Shown: positions 11,043-21,432, counted from the stretch's first letter. The stretch is 64,000 nucleotides of DNA from Treponemataceae bacterium (GCA_963678065.2 CAXXVZ010000005.1:192001-256000), one strand, 5' to 3'. The notes: generated from the sequence alone by a model not told the origin. Program-made: numbers and translations.

Positions 11043-11558
11043 ATGTCCACAATCACGCTGAAAGGAAACGCAATCCATACTTCCGGATCCCTCCCCGCGA
11101 CCGGCTCGCCGGCTCCCGCATTCACGCTCACGAAAGGTGACCTCTCCGATGTCACGCTCGCCGGCTTCGCAGGCAAGGTGAAGATCCTGAACATCGTCCC
11201 CAGCCTCGACACGGGCGTATGCGCCGCGAGCGCGCGAGCATTCAACAAGGCCGCCGATTCCCTCGGCGGGACTGTCATCCTGACGATAAGCCGGGATCTG
11301 CCCTTCGCGCAGAAGCGTTTCTGCGAAGCCGAGGGAATCGCCTCGGTCGTCCCGCTCTCCGAGCTGCGGGACAGGTCGTTCGGGAAGGCCTACGGTGTGG
11401 AAATCGTCGACGGGCCGATGGCCGGCCTTCTCTCCCGGGCTGTCGTCGTCCTCGATGCACAGGACAAAGTCGTCTACACCGAACAGGTGCCCGAAATTGC
11501 CCAGGAGCCGAACTACGCGGCGGCCCTGACTGCCGCCAGAGCCGCCGCGGGAAAGTAA
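11043..11558 (+). CDS. tpx: Thiol peroxidase (atypical 2-Cys peroxiredoxin)
   Basis: [48 protein letters not shown]. Confidence 0.95.
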   Translation: MSTITLKGNAIHTSGSLPATGSPAPAFTLTKGDLSDVTLAGFAGKVKILNIVPSLDTGVCAASARAFNKAADSLGGTVILTISRDLPFAQKRFCEAEGIASVVPLSELRDRSFGKAYGVEIVDGPMAGLLSRAVVVLDAQDKVVYTEQVPEIAQEPNYAAALTAARAAAGK

Positions 11559-11568
11559 AACCGCCGGT

Positions 11569-13332
11569 TCAGGAGAGGCCCGTGATCCTGCCCGTCTCCG
11601 TGTCGATATCCATGCCGATAAAACCGGGCTTGGAGGGAAGCCCCGGCATGGTCGTCATCTCGCCGGTGATCGGGTAGATGAATCCTGCGCCGGCCGCGAG
11701 CCGGACGTCGGTGACGGGGAATGCGAAGCCCGTCGGGCGCCCTTTCAGGGCCGGATCGTGCGAGAGCGAGTACTGGGTCTTGGCCATGCAGATCGGGAGA
11801 TTGCCGTAGCCGAGTCCTGCGAATTTCTCGATCGCCTCGAGGGCGTCGGGGCTGTAGGTCACCGAGCCGGCGCCGTAGACATCGCCCGCGATCTTTTCGA
11901 TCTTCTCCTTGATGGAGAGATCGAGGGAGTAGAGGAACGAAGGCGTGGCCGGAGCGGCGCAGGCTTTGTCCACGGCCTCAGCGAGAACCGCGGCGCCCTC
12001 CCCTCCCAAGGCCCAGTTGCGCGCGACGACGGCGTCCGAGGCTCCGGCCGCGAGCGCCGCTTCCCGGACGATGGCCTGCTCGGCCGCGGTATCGGTCGGG
12101 AAGGAGTTGATCGCGACGACGGCGGGCAGTCCGAATTTCCTGATGATGTCGAGGTGAGCCTGCAGGTTGGCCACTCCCTTCCGGACCAGCTCCTGGTTTT
12201 CCTGCGTGTAGGCCGTGGCGAGGGGCTTGCCGGGAACGACCTTGGGCCCGCCGCCGTGCATCTTGAGAGCGCGGACCGTGGCGACGAGGACGACGGCGTC
12301 GGGCATTATCCCTGAGGCGCGGCACTTGATGTCCATGAACTTCTCGAAGCCCATGTCGGCGCCGAAGCCCGACTCCGTGACCACGTAATCGCCCACCCTC
12401 GTGGCTATCATGTCGGCGAGGACCGAGGAGTTGCCGTGGGCGATGTTGGCGAAGGGGCCCGCGTGGACGAAGGCGAGCTGCTCCTCCAGGGTCTGGAGGA
12501 TGTTCGGCTTGAGCGCGTCCTTGAGCAGGATGGTCATGGCGCCCGCGACGCCGAGATCCTCGGCCGTCACGGCCTTTCCGGTCTTGTCGAGGCCGAGGAC
12601 AATCCTTCCGAGGCGGGCGCGGAGATCGGCGAGACTCGTCGAAAGGGCCAGGATCGCCATGACCTCACTCGCGACGGCGATGTCGAAGCCCGTCTCGCGC
12701 AGGGGGCCGTTGTCGAGTCCGCCCATGCCGACCATGATCCTGCGAAGGGTGCGGTCGTTCATGTCCATGACACGGCGCCAGAGGATATTGTAGGGATCGA
12801 GGTTGAGCTTGCGCATGCCGAGCTTCTCGAAATAGGCGTCGGACCAGCGGCTCTCGTGGTACATGCGGGCGTCCAGCCCCGCGGCGCAGAGATTGTGCGC
12901 GGCGGATACGGCGTGGATGTCGCCCGTGAGGTGGAGGTTGAAGTCGGCCATGGGCACGATCTGGCTGTAGCCGCCGCCGGCCGCGCCGCCCTTGATGCCG
13001 AAGGTCGGCCCCATGGAGGGCTGGCGTATGGCAGCGATTGCCTTCTTTCCGATGTAGCCGAGACCCTGAGTCAGTCCGACAGTTGTCGTCGTCTTGCCCT
13101 CGCCGAGGGGCGTCGGGGAGATCGCGGTCACGTCGATGTATCGCGCCCGTTTGGGCTCCGATCCGCGTTCGGCCAGGAATTCCATGCGGATCTTGGCCTT
13201 GTCCTCGCCGTAATGCTCGAGATGCCGCGCCTCGATGCCGTAGTCGGCGGCAATCTCCGCTATCGGCCTTATGCTGGCTTCCTGGGCGATATCGATATCG
13301 CTCGGAACAGGCTTTTTAATTGTTACGGACAT
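11569..13332 (-). CDS. fhs: Formate--tetrahydrofolate ligase
   Basis: PTPLGEGKTTT, GIKGGAAGGGYSQ, HAGPFANIAHGNSS, VATVRALKMHGG, ICMAKTQYSLS, TMPGLP; RBS GGAGG. Confidence 0.97.
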   Translation of the reverse strand: MSVTIKKPVPSDIDIAQEASIRPIAEIAADYGIEARHLEHYGEDKAKIRMEFLAERGSEPKRARYIDVTAISPTPLGEGKTTTTVGLTQGLGYIGKKAIAAIRQPSMGPTFGIKGGAAGGGYSQIVPMADFNLHLTGDIHAVSAAHNLCAAGLDARMYHESRWSDAYFEKLGMRKLNLDPYNILWRRVMDMNDRTLRRIMVGMGGLDNGPLRETGFDIAVASEVMAILALSTSLADLRARLGRIVLGLDKTGKAVTAEDLGVAGAMTILLKDALKPNILQTLEEQLAFVHAGPFANIAHGNSSVLADMIATRVGDYVVTESGFGADMGFEKFMDIKCRASGIMPDAVVLVATVRALKMHGGGPKVVPGKPLATAYTQENQELVRKGVANLQAHLDIIRKFGLPAVVAINSFPTDTAAEQAIVREAALAAGASDAVVARNWALGGEGAAVLAEAVDKACAAPATPSFLYSLDLSIKEKIEKIAGDVYGAGSVTYSPDALEAIEKFAGLGYGNLPICMAKTQYSLSHDPALKGRPTGFAFPVTDVRLAAGAGFIYPITGEMTTMPGLPSKPGFIGMDIDTETGRITGLS

Positions 13333-13487
13333 TGTCTGCCTCCCGGCCATTCAGGCCGTTTGTCATGCTAACGGCACATTTCGCGGCCGTCAATGAAATA
13401 AATTATCGAGTATTCGGTAAATTCAAACAAAAATCCCAAGTGCCGCTTCCTGCGCCCTGGAAAAGCTACGCGAGGGAAATGACGACA

Positions 13488-13546
13488 TTGACATATTGTT
13501 TAGCATACTGTATTATTTAGATATGCAAACTGTGCAGCATACTGCA
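13488..13546 (+). promoter_or_regulatory. Sigma70 promoter with three tandem operator-like 14-mers upstream of and overlapping the marR gene
   Basis: TTGACA (13488)-17 bp-TATTAT (13511). Repeats at 13499, 13516 and 13533; the last has perfect inverted arms (TGCAG-CATA-CTGCA). Confidence 0.7.
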
Positions 13547-13969
13547 TCAAACATCGAGCCGACCCCGCTCCGGAGACTCGCGGCGGCGATCGGCCGACGG
13601 TCGGTGCACGACTTCCTCTCATTCGGACGCGAGCGGGGGCTGTCGATCGAGCAGCTCAACATCATGCAGGCGCTGTATTTTCGCGGCGAACTGGCCATCA
13701 GCGAGCTCGGGCGCTTCTCCTCGGGGGGACGGTCGGCCATGAGCCAGCTCGCCGACTCCCTCGTGCGGGCCGGGCTCGCCCTGCGCGCCGAGGCGGAGGA
13801 CGACAGGCGGAAAAAGTACCTGAGCCTCACGGAGAAAGGCCGGGCTCTCACCGAAGAGGGCATAGCCCGGCGCACGGGCTGGACTGCCGGCCTTGAAGGG
13901 AAGCTCGGGCCCGCCGAGACGGAGCTCGCCGCAAAACTTGCGGGCTACATCGAAGCCCTGGAAGGCTGA
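13523..13969 (+). CDS. MarR-family transcriptional regulator
   Basis: GLSIEQLNIM, SAMSQLADSLVRAGL, EDDRRKKYLSLTEKG winged-helix signature. Confidence 0.88.
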   Translation: MQTVQHTASNIEPTPLRRLAAAIGRRSVHDFLSFGRERGLSIEQLNIMQALYFRGELAISELGRFSSGGRSAMSQLADSLVRAGLALRAEAEDDRRKKYLSLTEKGRALTEEGIARRTGWTAGLEGKLGPAETELAAKLAGYIEALEG

Positions 13970-14057
13970 GCCCCGATCCTCTTGAGTCCAAAAGTCGGAA
14001 CGATCGTCAGCAATCTCATCGCGAATGCGGGACAGGGACTGTCCTGCGGGAGGAATC

Positions 14058-14426
14058 ATGCTCATCGCAATCGCTATCGCTTCCATGCTTGTCGCAGTCA
14101 CCTGCTACACCATCGGGGTCTGGGGAGAAAAGAAAGCCGGCTCCCTCGGTCTGAGGCATCTCGTGTTTTTCTGGACCGGCTTCGTCTTCGACACCACGGG
14201 GACGACGATTATGTCCAAGCTGGCAGGATCGTTCTCCTTCAACTTCCACGGAATCACGGGGGCGGCGGCCATCGTCCTCATGTTCGGCCACGCGGTGTGG
14301 GCCACGACTGTCCTCGTGAAGAAAGATGAGAAAGCGGCGAAGGGCTTCCACCGCTACAGCCTCGCGGTCTGGGCCATCTGGCTCATCCCCTTCTTCTCGG
14401 GGATGATTGCCGCGATGGCCCGTTGA
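14058..14426 (+). CDS. HsmA/TIGR03987-family small membrane protein
   Basis: YTIGVWGEK, FWTGFVFDTTGTTIM, HGITG, FHRYSLAVWAIWLIP; four TM segments; RBS GGAGG. Confidence 0.8.
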   Translation: MLIAIAIASMLVAVTCYTIGVWGEKKAGSLGLRHLVFFWTGFVFDTTGTTIMSKLAGSFSFNFHGITGAAAIVLMFGHAVWATTVLVKKDEKAAKGFHRYSLAVWAIWLIPFFSGMIAAMAR

Positions 14427-14455
14427 CGGGCGGGACCGCGCGGGCTCAGGATCGC

Positions 14456-16570
14456 CTACTCGACCGTCAGGCCCGCCAGGTATGAGTCATAGGCTGTCTG
14501 GGCCTCCTGCGCTGCCTTCCGCGAATCGGCGATCTTCGAATTGAGGCCGTCGATCTCGGTCTCCGCGTCGAGGAGTTTCTTCAGGTACTGCTGGCCCTGG
14601 GAACTGTCCCTGCCCACCGACTCGATGTTCTTGCGGTAGCGCTCCTGTTCGGATGAAAGTTCCGCCTTGCGGGACTGGAGATCGGACTGGAGCTTCTTCG
14701 CGTCGTCGACCTTGCGCCGCAGGTCGACAGCCTTCTTGAGCGCGTCGCGCGCAGCGGCGGGGATCTCCTTCGAGGACGAATACGAGAGGAAGGCCTCGGA
14801 GCCGAGGGAGGAGAGGACGACACGGTCCTGGCCGGGCATGCGCTCTCTGACAATGAACTTCGTCTCAGCCCCCGCGGGGAGGTTCACCGAGAAGCGGTAA
14901 ACTCCCGAGGTCTTTTCGTCGAAGGCGGAGGGCTCCGTGAGTTCCGCTCCCTGCATGACGGGGTGCTCGATCATAAGTTTTTTGGCCGAGGCGGCTGTGT
15001 TGCGGAGGTTGTAGGTCCGCGTCCAGGTGACCCTGCGGGAGAAGGTCATAACGCCTTTGATGATCTTGACCGCCGTGGTTTCCTGGGCGCTGGAGATGCC
15101 CGCGCTCGCGGTAACCGAGAGATCTTCGCCGAAGACGATGAGGCGCTTTTCATTTTCGGGGAGGAAATCGAGGAGGGCGTCGCCGGCGTAGACCGAGCCG
15201 TCGAAGACGGTGATGGGTCCCGCAGGGAGTTTCATGCCGCTCGAATTGACGATACGCGCTCCGAGCATCGGCCGGACCGCGTCCCCACCTGTGCCGGGCG
15301 AGTAGATGCTCAGCTTTTCGACCTCGAGTTCGCCTTCCAGAAGGGGAAGCATTGCGCTGCGGCGGCGTTCGAGGGTGACAGGACGACTGACCGTGAACTC
15401 GAACTGGTCGCCGGCCGCGCGGGCCTGCGCGGTCTCGAAGTTCCTTCCACCGGAGGATGAGCCGAAGGCGGAGAGCGAGGGTTCAGGAGCGGCGGCTTTG
15501 GCGCTGTAGGACTTGTCCCGGGAAGCCGCGGCCATCGCCATCTCGGGGGCGGGTGCGGGACGGACCTCGGCGGCGTATTCGGCCGAAGATCCTGGGCCGG
15601 ACTCCTCAAATCCCGATTCGAAGCTACGGGGTTTCGCGGAACCGGCGATCGCGAGCGGGATCACGGGCCTGTCGACATAGAGGGGGCTGTAGAGGTCCTG
15701 GATGAAGGATACGGGCCGGCCGCTCACGAGCGACAGGCTCACATTCTTCCAGTCCTGCTCGGTCGGATTGTCCACGACGGCCCAGCCCTGGAAATAGGGC
15801 TTCGCGCCGGAGAGGTCGAGACGGTAGGAAACCTTCCAGATCGGGGCGGGAACCACGTAGCCGATGGCGACTTCGCGCCTGCCTGTGCCCGGGAGGCTCA
15901 GCTCGAGATTCTTGCGCCCGACATCCTGTGCGGAGAGGATGAGACTGAGGGCGCGGTCGAAGTCCTCCGCGATCTGCCTGTCGGCGAAGCGTATGGCGAG
16001 GACGCTCTCGAGCGGCATGGCGCGCAGGCCACCCGAGGTGAGGAGCATCAGGTAGGGTGCTTCGACTTCGGGGATCTTCGTCACTCTCTGTTCGATCCCG
16101 ACGATGCGGCCGGATATCGTCTCAGGCGTATCGACGGAGACTTCCGCCCCGCGCAGGCGCGAGAGGATGCCGGCGATGTCGGGGCTGCCGGAGAGGTCGA
16201 CGCGGAAGCTCTTGAGCGCCCGGTCAAGGCTCTCCTGCGTCGGGTAATTGACAGAGGGCGAACCCTGTCCGCCGGAACCATTGCGGACGACGAGGGATTT
16301 CAGCGCATCGTTTATGGAGTCGGCGGCAAAAGGAAGGCTCATGCCGACGTCGCCGTCCACGAGTCCCCTGTGCTCGAAGTATCCGACCCCGGCCGAGAAG
16401 AGTACCACCTTCGTCACGGGCAGACTGACGGGTCCCGGGGTGGAGAGGATCGACCCCGAAGGGGAAGGCGCCGGGGCAGGGGAAACCTGCGAGAACGCGA
16501 CGAATGGCGCCGCTACAACAAAAAAGAGAAGAAGGGAAAACGCGGTAATCGGGCTGCGAACACGGTTCAT
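14456..16570 (-). CDS. DUF4139-domain secreted protein with C-terminal coiled coil
   Basis: LPVTKVVLFSAGVGYFEH, INDALKSL, PIWKVSYRL, QGWAVVDNPTEQDWKNVSLSLVSGRP. Confidence 0.8.
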   Translation of the reverse strand: MNRVRSPITAFSLLLFFVVAAPFVAFSQVSPAPAPSPSGSILSTPGPVSLPVTKVVLFSAGVGYFEHRGLVDGDVGMSLPFAADSINDALKSLVVRNGSGGQGSPSVNYPTQESLDRALKSFRVDLSGSPDIAGILSRLRGAEVSVDTPETISGRIVGIEQRVTKIPEVEAPYLMLLTSGGLRAMPLESVLAIRFADRQIAEDFDRALSLILSAQDVGRKNLELSLPGTGRREVAIGYVVPAPIWKVSYRLDLSGAKPYFQGWAVVDNPTEQDWKNVSLSLVSGRPVSFIQDLYSPLYVDRPVIPLAIAGSAKPRSFESGFEESGPGSSAEYAAEVRPAPAPEMAMAAASRDKSYSAKAAAPEPSLSAFGSSSGGRNFETAQARAAGDQFEFTVSRPVTLERRRSAMLPLLEGELEVEKLSIYSPGTGGDAVRPMLGARIVNSSGMKLPAGPITVFDGSVYAGDALLDFLPENEKRLIVFGEDLSVTASAGISSAQETTAVKIIKGVMTFSRRVTWTRTYNLRNTAASAKKLMIEHPVMQGAELTEPSAFDEKTSGVYRFSVNLPAGAETKFIVRERMPGQDRVVLSSLGSEAFLSYSSSKEIPAAARDALKKAVDLRRKVDDAKKLQSDLQSRKAELSSEQERYRKNIESVGRDSSQGQQYLKKLLDAETEIDGLNSKIADSRKAAQEAQTAYDSYLAGLTVE

Positions 16571-16661
16571 GGCATCTCCTTTCATTCGTTCCGTCGACCT
16601 GAATCCATATACAGCACTATACTACAGACAAGCACGGACTGCGATGGTTTCGGGAGTCGGC

Positions 16662-17204
16662 ATGAAAATCAGGATCGTCGGGATTCCCGGATCGGGAAAA
16701 ACGTGGCTGGCCGCCCGTCTCGGGGCGGCACTCGGGATGCATCCCGTCGGGCTCGACGATCTATTCTGGCACAATGGTCCTGGGGCCTACAACCGGAAAC
16801 GGGACGCAGCCGGACGGCAGGCACTGCTGGAGGCCGCGCTCGCGGGAGAATCCTGGCTCGTCGAGGGCATGGACGCGGACTGGTCCGCCGCGAGCCTTGT
16901 GGCGGCGGATGTCGTGATCTGGCTCAGGATCGGGGTCCTGACCTCGTCCTGGAGGCTCGCGCGGAGATTCGTCCGGAGGAAGGCGGGCATCGAGGAGAGC
17001 ACGTACGACGAGAAGCTGTACAGCCTCCTCGTCACCATGTGGGGAAACCTCTGGGGAAAACTCCGCGGCGTGCAACCCGATTTGCCCGGAGGCGCGCATG
17101 TCATCGTCCTCGAAAACCAGAAGGAGGTCGGGCGATTCCTTTCGGCCCATGTGGCAGCGGGAGTTCAGTGCCTTATTTGTAGGAAAGCCTCGGAAAAGCG
17201 CTGA
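16662..17204 (+). CDS. Adenylate-kinase-like P-loop protein (FlaR/topology-modulation type)
   Basis: KIRIVGIPGSGKT, LDDLFW, WLVEG. The 3' end overlaps the convergent gene by 32 bp. Confidence 0.7.
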   Translation: MKIRIVGIPGSGKTWLAARLGAALGMHPVGLDDLFWHNGPGAYNRKRDAAGRQALLEAALAGESWLVEGMDADWSAASLVAADVVIWLRIGVLTSSWRLARRFVRRKAGIEESTYDEKLYSLLVTMWGNLWGKLRGVQPDLPGGAHVIVLENQKEVGRFLSAHVAAGVQCLICRKASEKR

Positions 17205-17766
17205 GCAGCAGCGTGGCCATCGTCTTCATGTCCGCGTCCTTGGTGGACGGATTCTTGAACCAGAGAAGGAGCTGCTCCGGATAGGTTCCGCGATCGCCGA
17301 TGACGAAGGGATTGAAGGCCTCCACGAATTTGGTTTTCGTGAACTGGAGCCTGAAACCGCCATCCTTCAGCACTGCGGGCTCGTCGGCGGGCACGAGTCC
17401 CAGCGAAGCCCCGTCCAGCATGATGTAATTCTTCGAACCCACATTGGTGGAAATCGAGGGTCTGCCTTCGAGGCGGAACACGATGTACGCGTATTTAGGG
17501 AGTTTTTCGCTGGTCGCGTCGAAACGGTAAAGGTATGCGCCCCCTCCTGTTTCCTGAATGTCCTGGAAACGGTAGTCCTTCAGCATCAGCACGGCCATAT
17601 TGTTGCCGAAATCGCGCAGGGTCCCGAGCAATGGGGCGATGAGGTCGGTCCGGGCTTTCTTCTCGGGAACCCTGTCGACACTGAACGTAATCGTCTTGGT
17701 GGAAACGCAGGAGATCATGGATATCAGCAGGACTGCCACGGCCAGATGTGCGGCGAGACGCTTCAT
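17173..17766 (-). CDS. Hypothetical lipoprotein
   Basis: MKRLAAHLAVAVLLISMIS-C lipobox-like signal; RBS GGAGG. Confidence 0.7.
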   Translation of the reverse strand: MKRLAAHLAVAVLLISMISCVSTKTITFSVDRVPEKKARTDLIAPLLGTLRDFGNNMAVLMLKDYRFQDIQETGGGAYLYRFDATSEKLPKYAYIVFRLEGRPSISTNVGSKNYIMLDGASLGLVPADEPAVLKDGGFRLQFTKTKFVEAFNPFVIGDRGTYPEQLLLWFKNPSTKDADMKTMATLLLSAFPRLSYK

Positions 17767-17825
17767 GACTGCCTCCGTAGGGAAAAAATACATTGCAAAA
17801 ACTGTAAGGGCGTCTGTGGCGCATG

Positions 17826-19835
17826 TCAAGTCGACCGCGAAGCAATCGAGGCGAAGGCGAGAATGACAGAGAGGAACTCGTCGCCGTAGCGTCTCAGCTT
17901 CGCCTCGCCAACGCCGAAGATGTCCATCATCGCGTCGCGCGTGGCGGGGCGAAGGCGCGCGAACTCCTCCAGAGTCCTGTCCGGGAACACGACATAGGGC
18001 GGCACGCTGGCGGTGTCGGCCAGCTCCTTCCGCCTCCCGCGCAGGAGCTGGAAGAGCCTCTCGTCCTCCGCTCCGAGACGGGTGCGTTCTCCGCCGCCAG
18101 GATTCGCGCTCCGCTCTCCCGGACCTCCCGCGACGCGGAGGTCATGCGACATCGGGACAGACGGCGAGGACTTTTTCTTTTTCACAAGGCGCGCGGGGGC
18201 GAGCGGCGGCGCGTGGTAGGGCCCCCTGGTCCTCAGGAGTTCCCTCCCCATTCCGGATACTGTCAGCCCCGAGAGCTCGTCGGCCCGGTCCAGAAAACCT
18301 TCGGAAATCATCCTGCGCGCGAGTTCCATCCAGGAGGCGCGGTCCAGATCCGAACCGATCCCGAATGTGGAAACTTTGTCGTGCCCGAGGCGCATGACCC
18401 TGTCCGTCTTTTCGCCCAGAAGGACGTCGACGAGGTGGGCCGAGCCATACCGCTCGCCGGTCCGGATCGCGCAGGACAGGAACTTGAGGGCAGGCAGGGT
18501 GTAGTCCGCCAGGTCCTCGGGCCTCCGGAGGCAGTTGTCGCAGGAAGCGCATTTCAGGCCCGGCATGCGCTCCCCGAAATGTGCGAGGACGAAGCGGCGT
18601 CTGCACGATGCGCTCTCGGCGTACTTCACCATCTCTGCGAGCCGCAGCGTGGCGTCTTCGAGCTGTTCGCCCTCGAGCTCGTTGAACAGCATCCTCGCCC
18701 TGATCGCGTCGCCCCGGCTGTACAAAAGAAGGCAGGTCGCGGGAAGCCCGTCGCGCCCCGCCCTGCCGATTTCCTGGTAGTAGGATTCCATCGCTTTCGG
18801 GAGGTCGGCGTGGACGATCCAGCGGACGTCCGGCTTGTCGATTCCCATACCGAAGGCGACAGTCGCGACGACGACCTGGATGTCGTCGCGGATGAAGGCG
18901 CGCTGCGCGGCATCCCGCTCGTCTTTTCCGAGTCCCGCGTGATAGGCCGCCGCCGGGATGCCCTGACGGCGCAGGTAGTCGGCGAACTCCTCTGTCTTCG
19001 CGCGGGAGAGGCAGTACACGATGCCTGAGGCTCCGGGATTCCCGCGCGCGAGTTCGAGGATTCTCTCCTTGGCGCCGCGCCGCGGTTCCACGGAGAGGAA
19101 GAGGTTGGGCCGGTCGAATCCGGCGACGAAGACTCCCGGGTCTTTCAGGGCGAGGTTCTGGGCGATGTCGTCCCTGACCCGCTCCGGCGCCGTCGCGGTT
19201 ACGGCGAGACAGGATATTCCCGGGAATCTGACCCGAAGCGAGGCGATGCGCCGGTACTCAGGGCGGAAATCGTGCCCCCATTGGCTGATGCAGTGCGCCT
19301 CGTCCACGACAAGGAGCGAAGGAGGGGCAGCATCGAGGACCTCCACGAGGCGCTCGGAAGAGAGCCCTTCCGGCGCGGCGTAGACGAGTCTGACTTCTCC
19401 CGAGCGGACGCGGGCGCAGGAAGCGCGGTACTCCTCGGGTGTCAGCGAGGAATTGAGGAAGACGGCAGGCACGCCGAGCTGGACGAGAGCGTCGAGCTGG
19501 TCGCGCATCAGCGCGATGAGGGGCGAGACGACGAGGGCGTAGCCCGGCATGACGAGGGCCGGCAGCTGGTAGCACAGGCTTTTTCCGCCACCGGTCGGAA
19601 GGATGGCGAGGACATCCCTGCCCGAAAGCACCGCTTCGATAATATCGCGCTGAAAGGATCGGTAGCCGTCGAAGCCGAACACGGATTTGAGGAGTGCGTC
19701 GGCTTTTGCCATCCTGTCGGAGAGGGCCGGAGCGGCGGGCAGGGTCGGAAAAATGGTCCTTGCGGGTGCAGCTTGCGCGTCGATCGTGCCGGAAGCGACG
19801 GGCTCCGGAAGTGCGGCGAAGAGATCTGCGGTCAT
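17826..19835 (-). CDS. recQ: ATP-dependent DNA helicase RecQ
   Basis: LPTGGGKSLCYQ, VDEAHCISQWGHDFRPEY, ATVAFGMGIDKPDVR, YYQEIGRAGRDG, RQC zinc cysteines, HRDC (VPPYVVFPD). Start approximate. Confidence 0.95.
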   Translation of the reverse strand: MTADLFAALPEPVASGTIDAQAAPARTIFPTLPAAPALSDRMAKADALLKSVFGFDGYRSFQRDIIEAVLSGRDVLAILPTGGGKSLCYQLPALVMPGYALVVSPLIALMRDQLDALVQLGVPAVFLNSSLTPEEYRASCARVRSGEVRLVYAAPEGLSSERLVEVLDAAPPSLLVVDEAHCISQWGHDFRPEYRRIASLRVRFPGISCLAVTATAPERVRDDIAQNLALKDPGVFVAGFDRPNLFLSVEPRRGAKERILELARGNPGASGIVYCLSRAKTEEFADYLRRQGIPAAAYHAGLGKDERDAAQRAFIRDDIQVVVATVAFGMGIDKPDVRWIVHADLPKAMESYYQEIGRAGRDGLPATCLLLYSRGDAIRARMLFNELEGEQLEDATLRLAEMVKYAESASCRRRFVLAHFGERMPGLKCASCDNCLRRPEDLADYTLPALKFLSCAIRTGERYGSAHLVDVLLGEKTDRVMRLGHDKVSTFGIGSDLDRASWMELARRMISEGFLDRADELSGLTVSGMGRELLRTRGPYHAPPLAPARLVKKKKSSPSVPMSHDLRVAGGPGERSANPGGGERTRLGAEDERLFQLLRGRRKELADTASVPPYVVFPDRTLEEFARLRPATRDAMMDIFGVGEAKLRRYGDEFLSVILAFASIASRST

Positions 19836-20053
19836 GGTGGCGAAATGATAGCACGGAGCTGACCGAAGAATCTGTATGCCCACATCGCGGGAGAGTCGGC
19901 GCGCGACCCTTCCGGCTTCCGCTGGTTGACCGGACCAAAGTCGCCGGCTAGGTGTTGCCTCAACGAAAAATCCAGCTTGAGTGGGGGCATTGCCCCGCCG
20001 CACGGGAACTACTACTATTTCAGATAATTCGTGCGCACGGAGAGGTTCGACAC

Positions 20054-20584
20054 ATGAAAAAGATCATCGTCTTCGCTCTCATCCTTCTGGCGGGCGGCGC
20101 CGCGTCCGCGCAGCAGACACTCAAAAAAGCCAACACCGCGACAGCCGTGGACGGCGTCATCTCCGCGGGCGAATATACCTTTCAGGAAAGCAACGGCGGC
20201 ATGGTCCTCGGACTCGCGCTCAGCGCGGACGGAACAACGCTCAGTGTCGGATTCAGGGCAGCCACGAAGGGTTGGGTGGCGGTCGGCCTCGGGGCAAAAC
20301 GGATGAACGGCGCCTCCATGTTCATGGGCTACGACGCAGGAGGCAAGAGCGAATTCTCCGAACAGACAGGCGGAGGTCACAACCATGAGCCCGCAGCCAA
20401 GGCGCTCGCGAAAAAATCGGCTGTCAAAAACGCGGGCAACGAGACAACCATCGAGTTCACCGTTCCGGCCGCGCCCTTCACCAAGAGCGGAAAGATCGAC
20501 ATGATCCTCGCATTCGGCAGAAACACCAACTTCGGCTCGATGCACCAGTATTTCAACGGCTTCACCGTCAACCTGGCGCCCTGA
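20054..20584 (+). CDS. Secreted DOMON-domain protein
   Basis: Signal peptide. TKGWVAVGLGAKRMNGASMFMG; conserved Met and His (MHQY) typical of DOMON domains. Confidence 0.75.
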   Translation: MKKIIVFALILLAGGAASAQQTLKKANTATAVDGVISAGEYTFQESNGGMVLGLALSADGTTLSVGFRAATKGWVAVGLGAKRMNGASMFMGYDAGGKSEFSEQTGGGHNHEPAAKALAKKSAVKNAGNETTIEFTVPAAPFTKSGKIDMILAFGRNTNFGSMHQYFNGFTVNLAP

Positions 20585-20661
20585 AGCCGCGGCAGGACCT
20601 TGATCAGGAGAGAACCCGTAGACAGGCCTTTGCCCGTGTCCGCCTCCTGCCCCCGCGCCTT

Positions 20662-21351
20662 TCAGTACGCGGCGGCGTACTCCAGCAGGACCGACTCCAT
20701 GAGAAGGTGGCCCGCACCGTTCGGATGGATGCCGTCGGCGCAGAGGCAATCCCGGTAATCCTTCTGTTCGAGGAAGGCCTTCCTCACGTCGACGACGGGG
20801 CAGCGGTTTCGCAGGGCGGTCGCCCAGACCGCGTTGTTGTAGCCTTCGTGCCACCAGTAGATGTGCCTGACATCGCCGAGCCAGGACAGGACGGCCGATT
20901 TGTCGATCCCTGAGCGCGTGACCCAGGCGAAATAGCGGTCCGGATCGAGGGGCGGCAGGGTCATGAGCACCGGCAGGAAGCCGCTCTCCCTGAGCGAGGT
21001 GATCATCCTGTCGTAGATCGACGAGAAGATCCCTATCGGGGTCGCGGGCAGATGCTCGTGCCCCGGAGCCGCCGCGATTTCATCCCACTTGAAATCGCAA
21101 TCGTTCCCGCCGAACTCGAGGAGGGCGACAGTGCCCGGATTTCCCGCCCGCCTCTGCAAGAATTTGCCCAGGATTTCCATGCCCTTGCCGATGGTGCAGC
21201 CGAAGCGCGCCTTGTTGGTGAGGGTGATCCCCAGCTTCTCCGCGCTGCGGTCCGCGAAGGATTCCTTCGTCAGACGGTAGGAACCCGAGTCGTCCAACAC
21301 CACGCCGCGGGCGACTGAATCGCCGAAGAGACAGACTGCCGAATGAAACAT
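20662..21351 (-). CDS. SGNH/GDSL hydrolase
   Basis: FGDSVARG (block I), EFGGND (block III), DGIHPN (block V). Confidence 0.9.
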   Translation of the reverse strand: MFHSAVCLFGDSVARGVVLDDSGSYRLTKESFADRSAEKLGITLTNKARFGCTIGKGMEILGKFLQRRAGNPGTVALLEFGGNDCDFKWDEIAAAPGHEHLPATPIGIFSSIYDRMITSLRESGFLPVLMTLPPLDPDRYFAWVTRSGIDKSAVLSWLGDVRHIYWWHEGYNNAVWATALRNRCPVVDVRKAFLEQKDYRDCLCADGIHPNGAGHLLMESVLLEYAAAY

Positions 21352-21366
21352 ATTCTCGCCTACTTT

Positions 21367-21432
21367 ACATGGTTTCAAATACCATGTCTAATAATATCAA
21401 CTATCATAATAACGCATAACACCTCTTGTCAA
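21367..21432 (-). promoter_or_regulatory. Promoter of the SGNH gene with a downstream palindromic operator
   Basis: Minus-strand TTGACA (21432-21427)-18 bp-TATGAT (21408-21403). Inverted repeat ACATGGT-N7-ACCATGT at 21367-21387. Confidence 0.6.
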
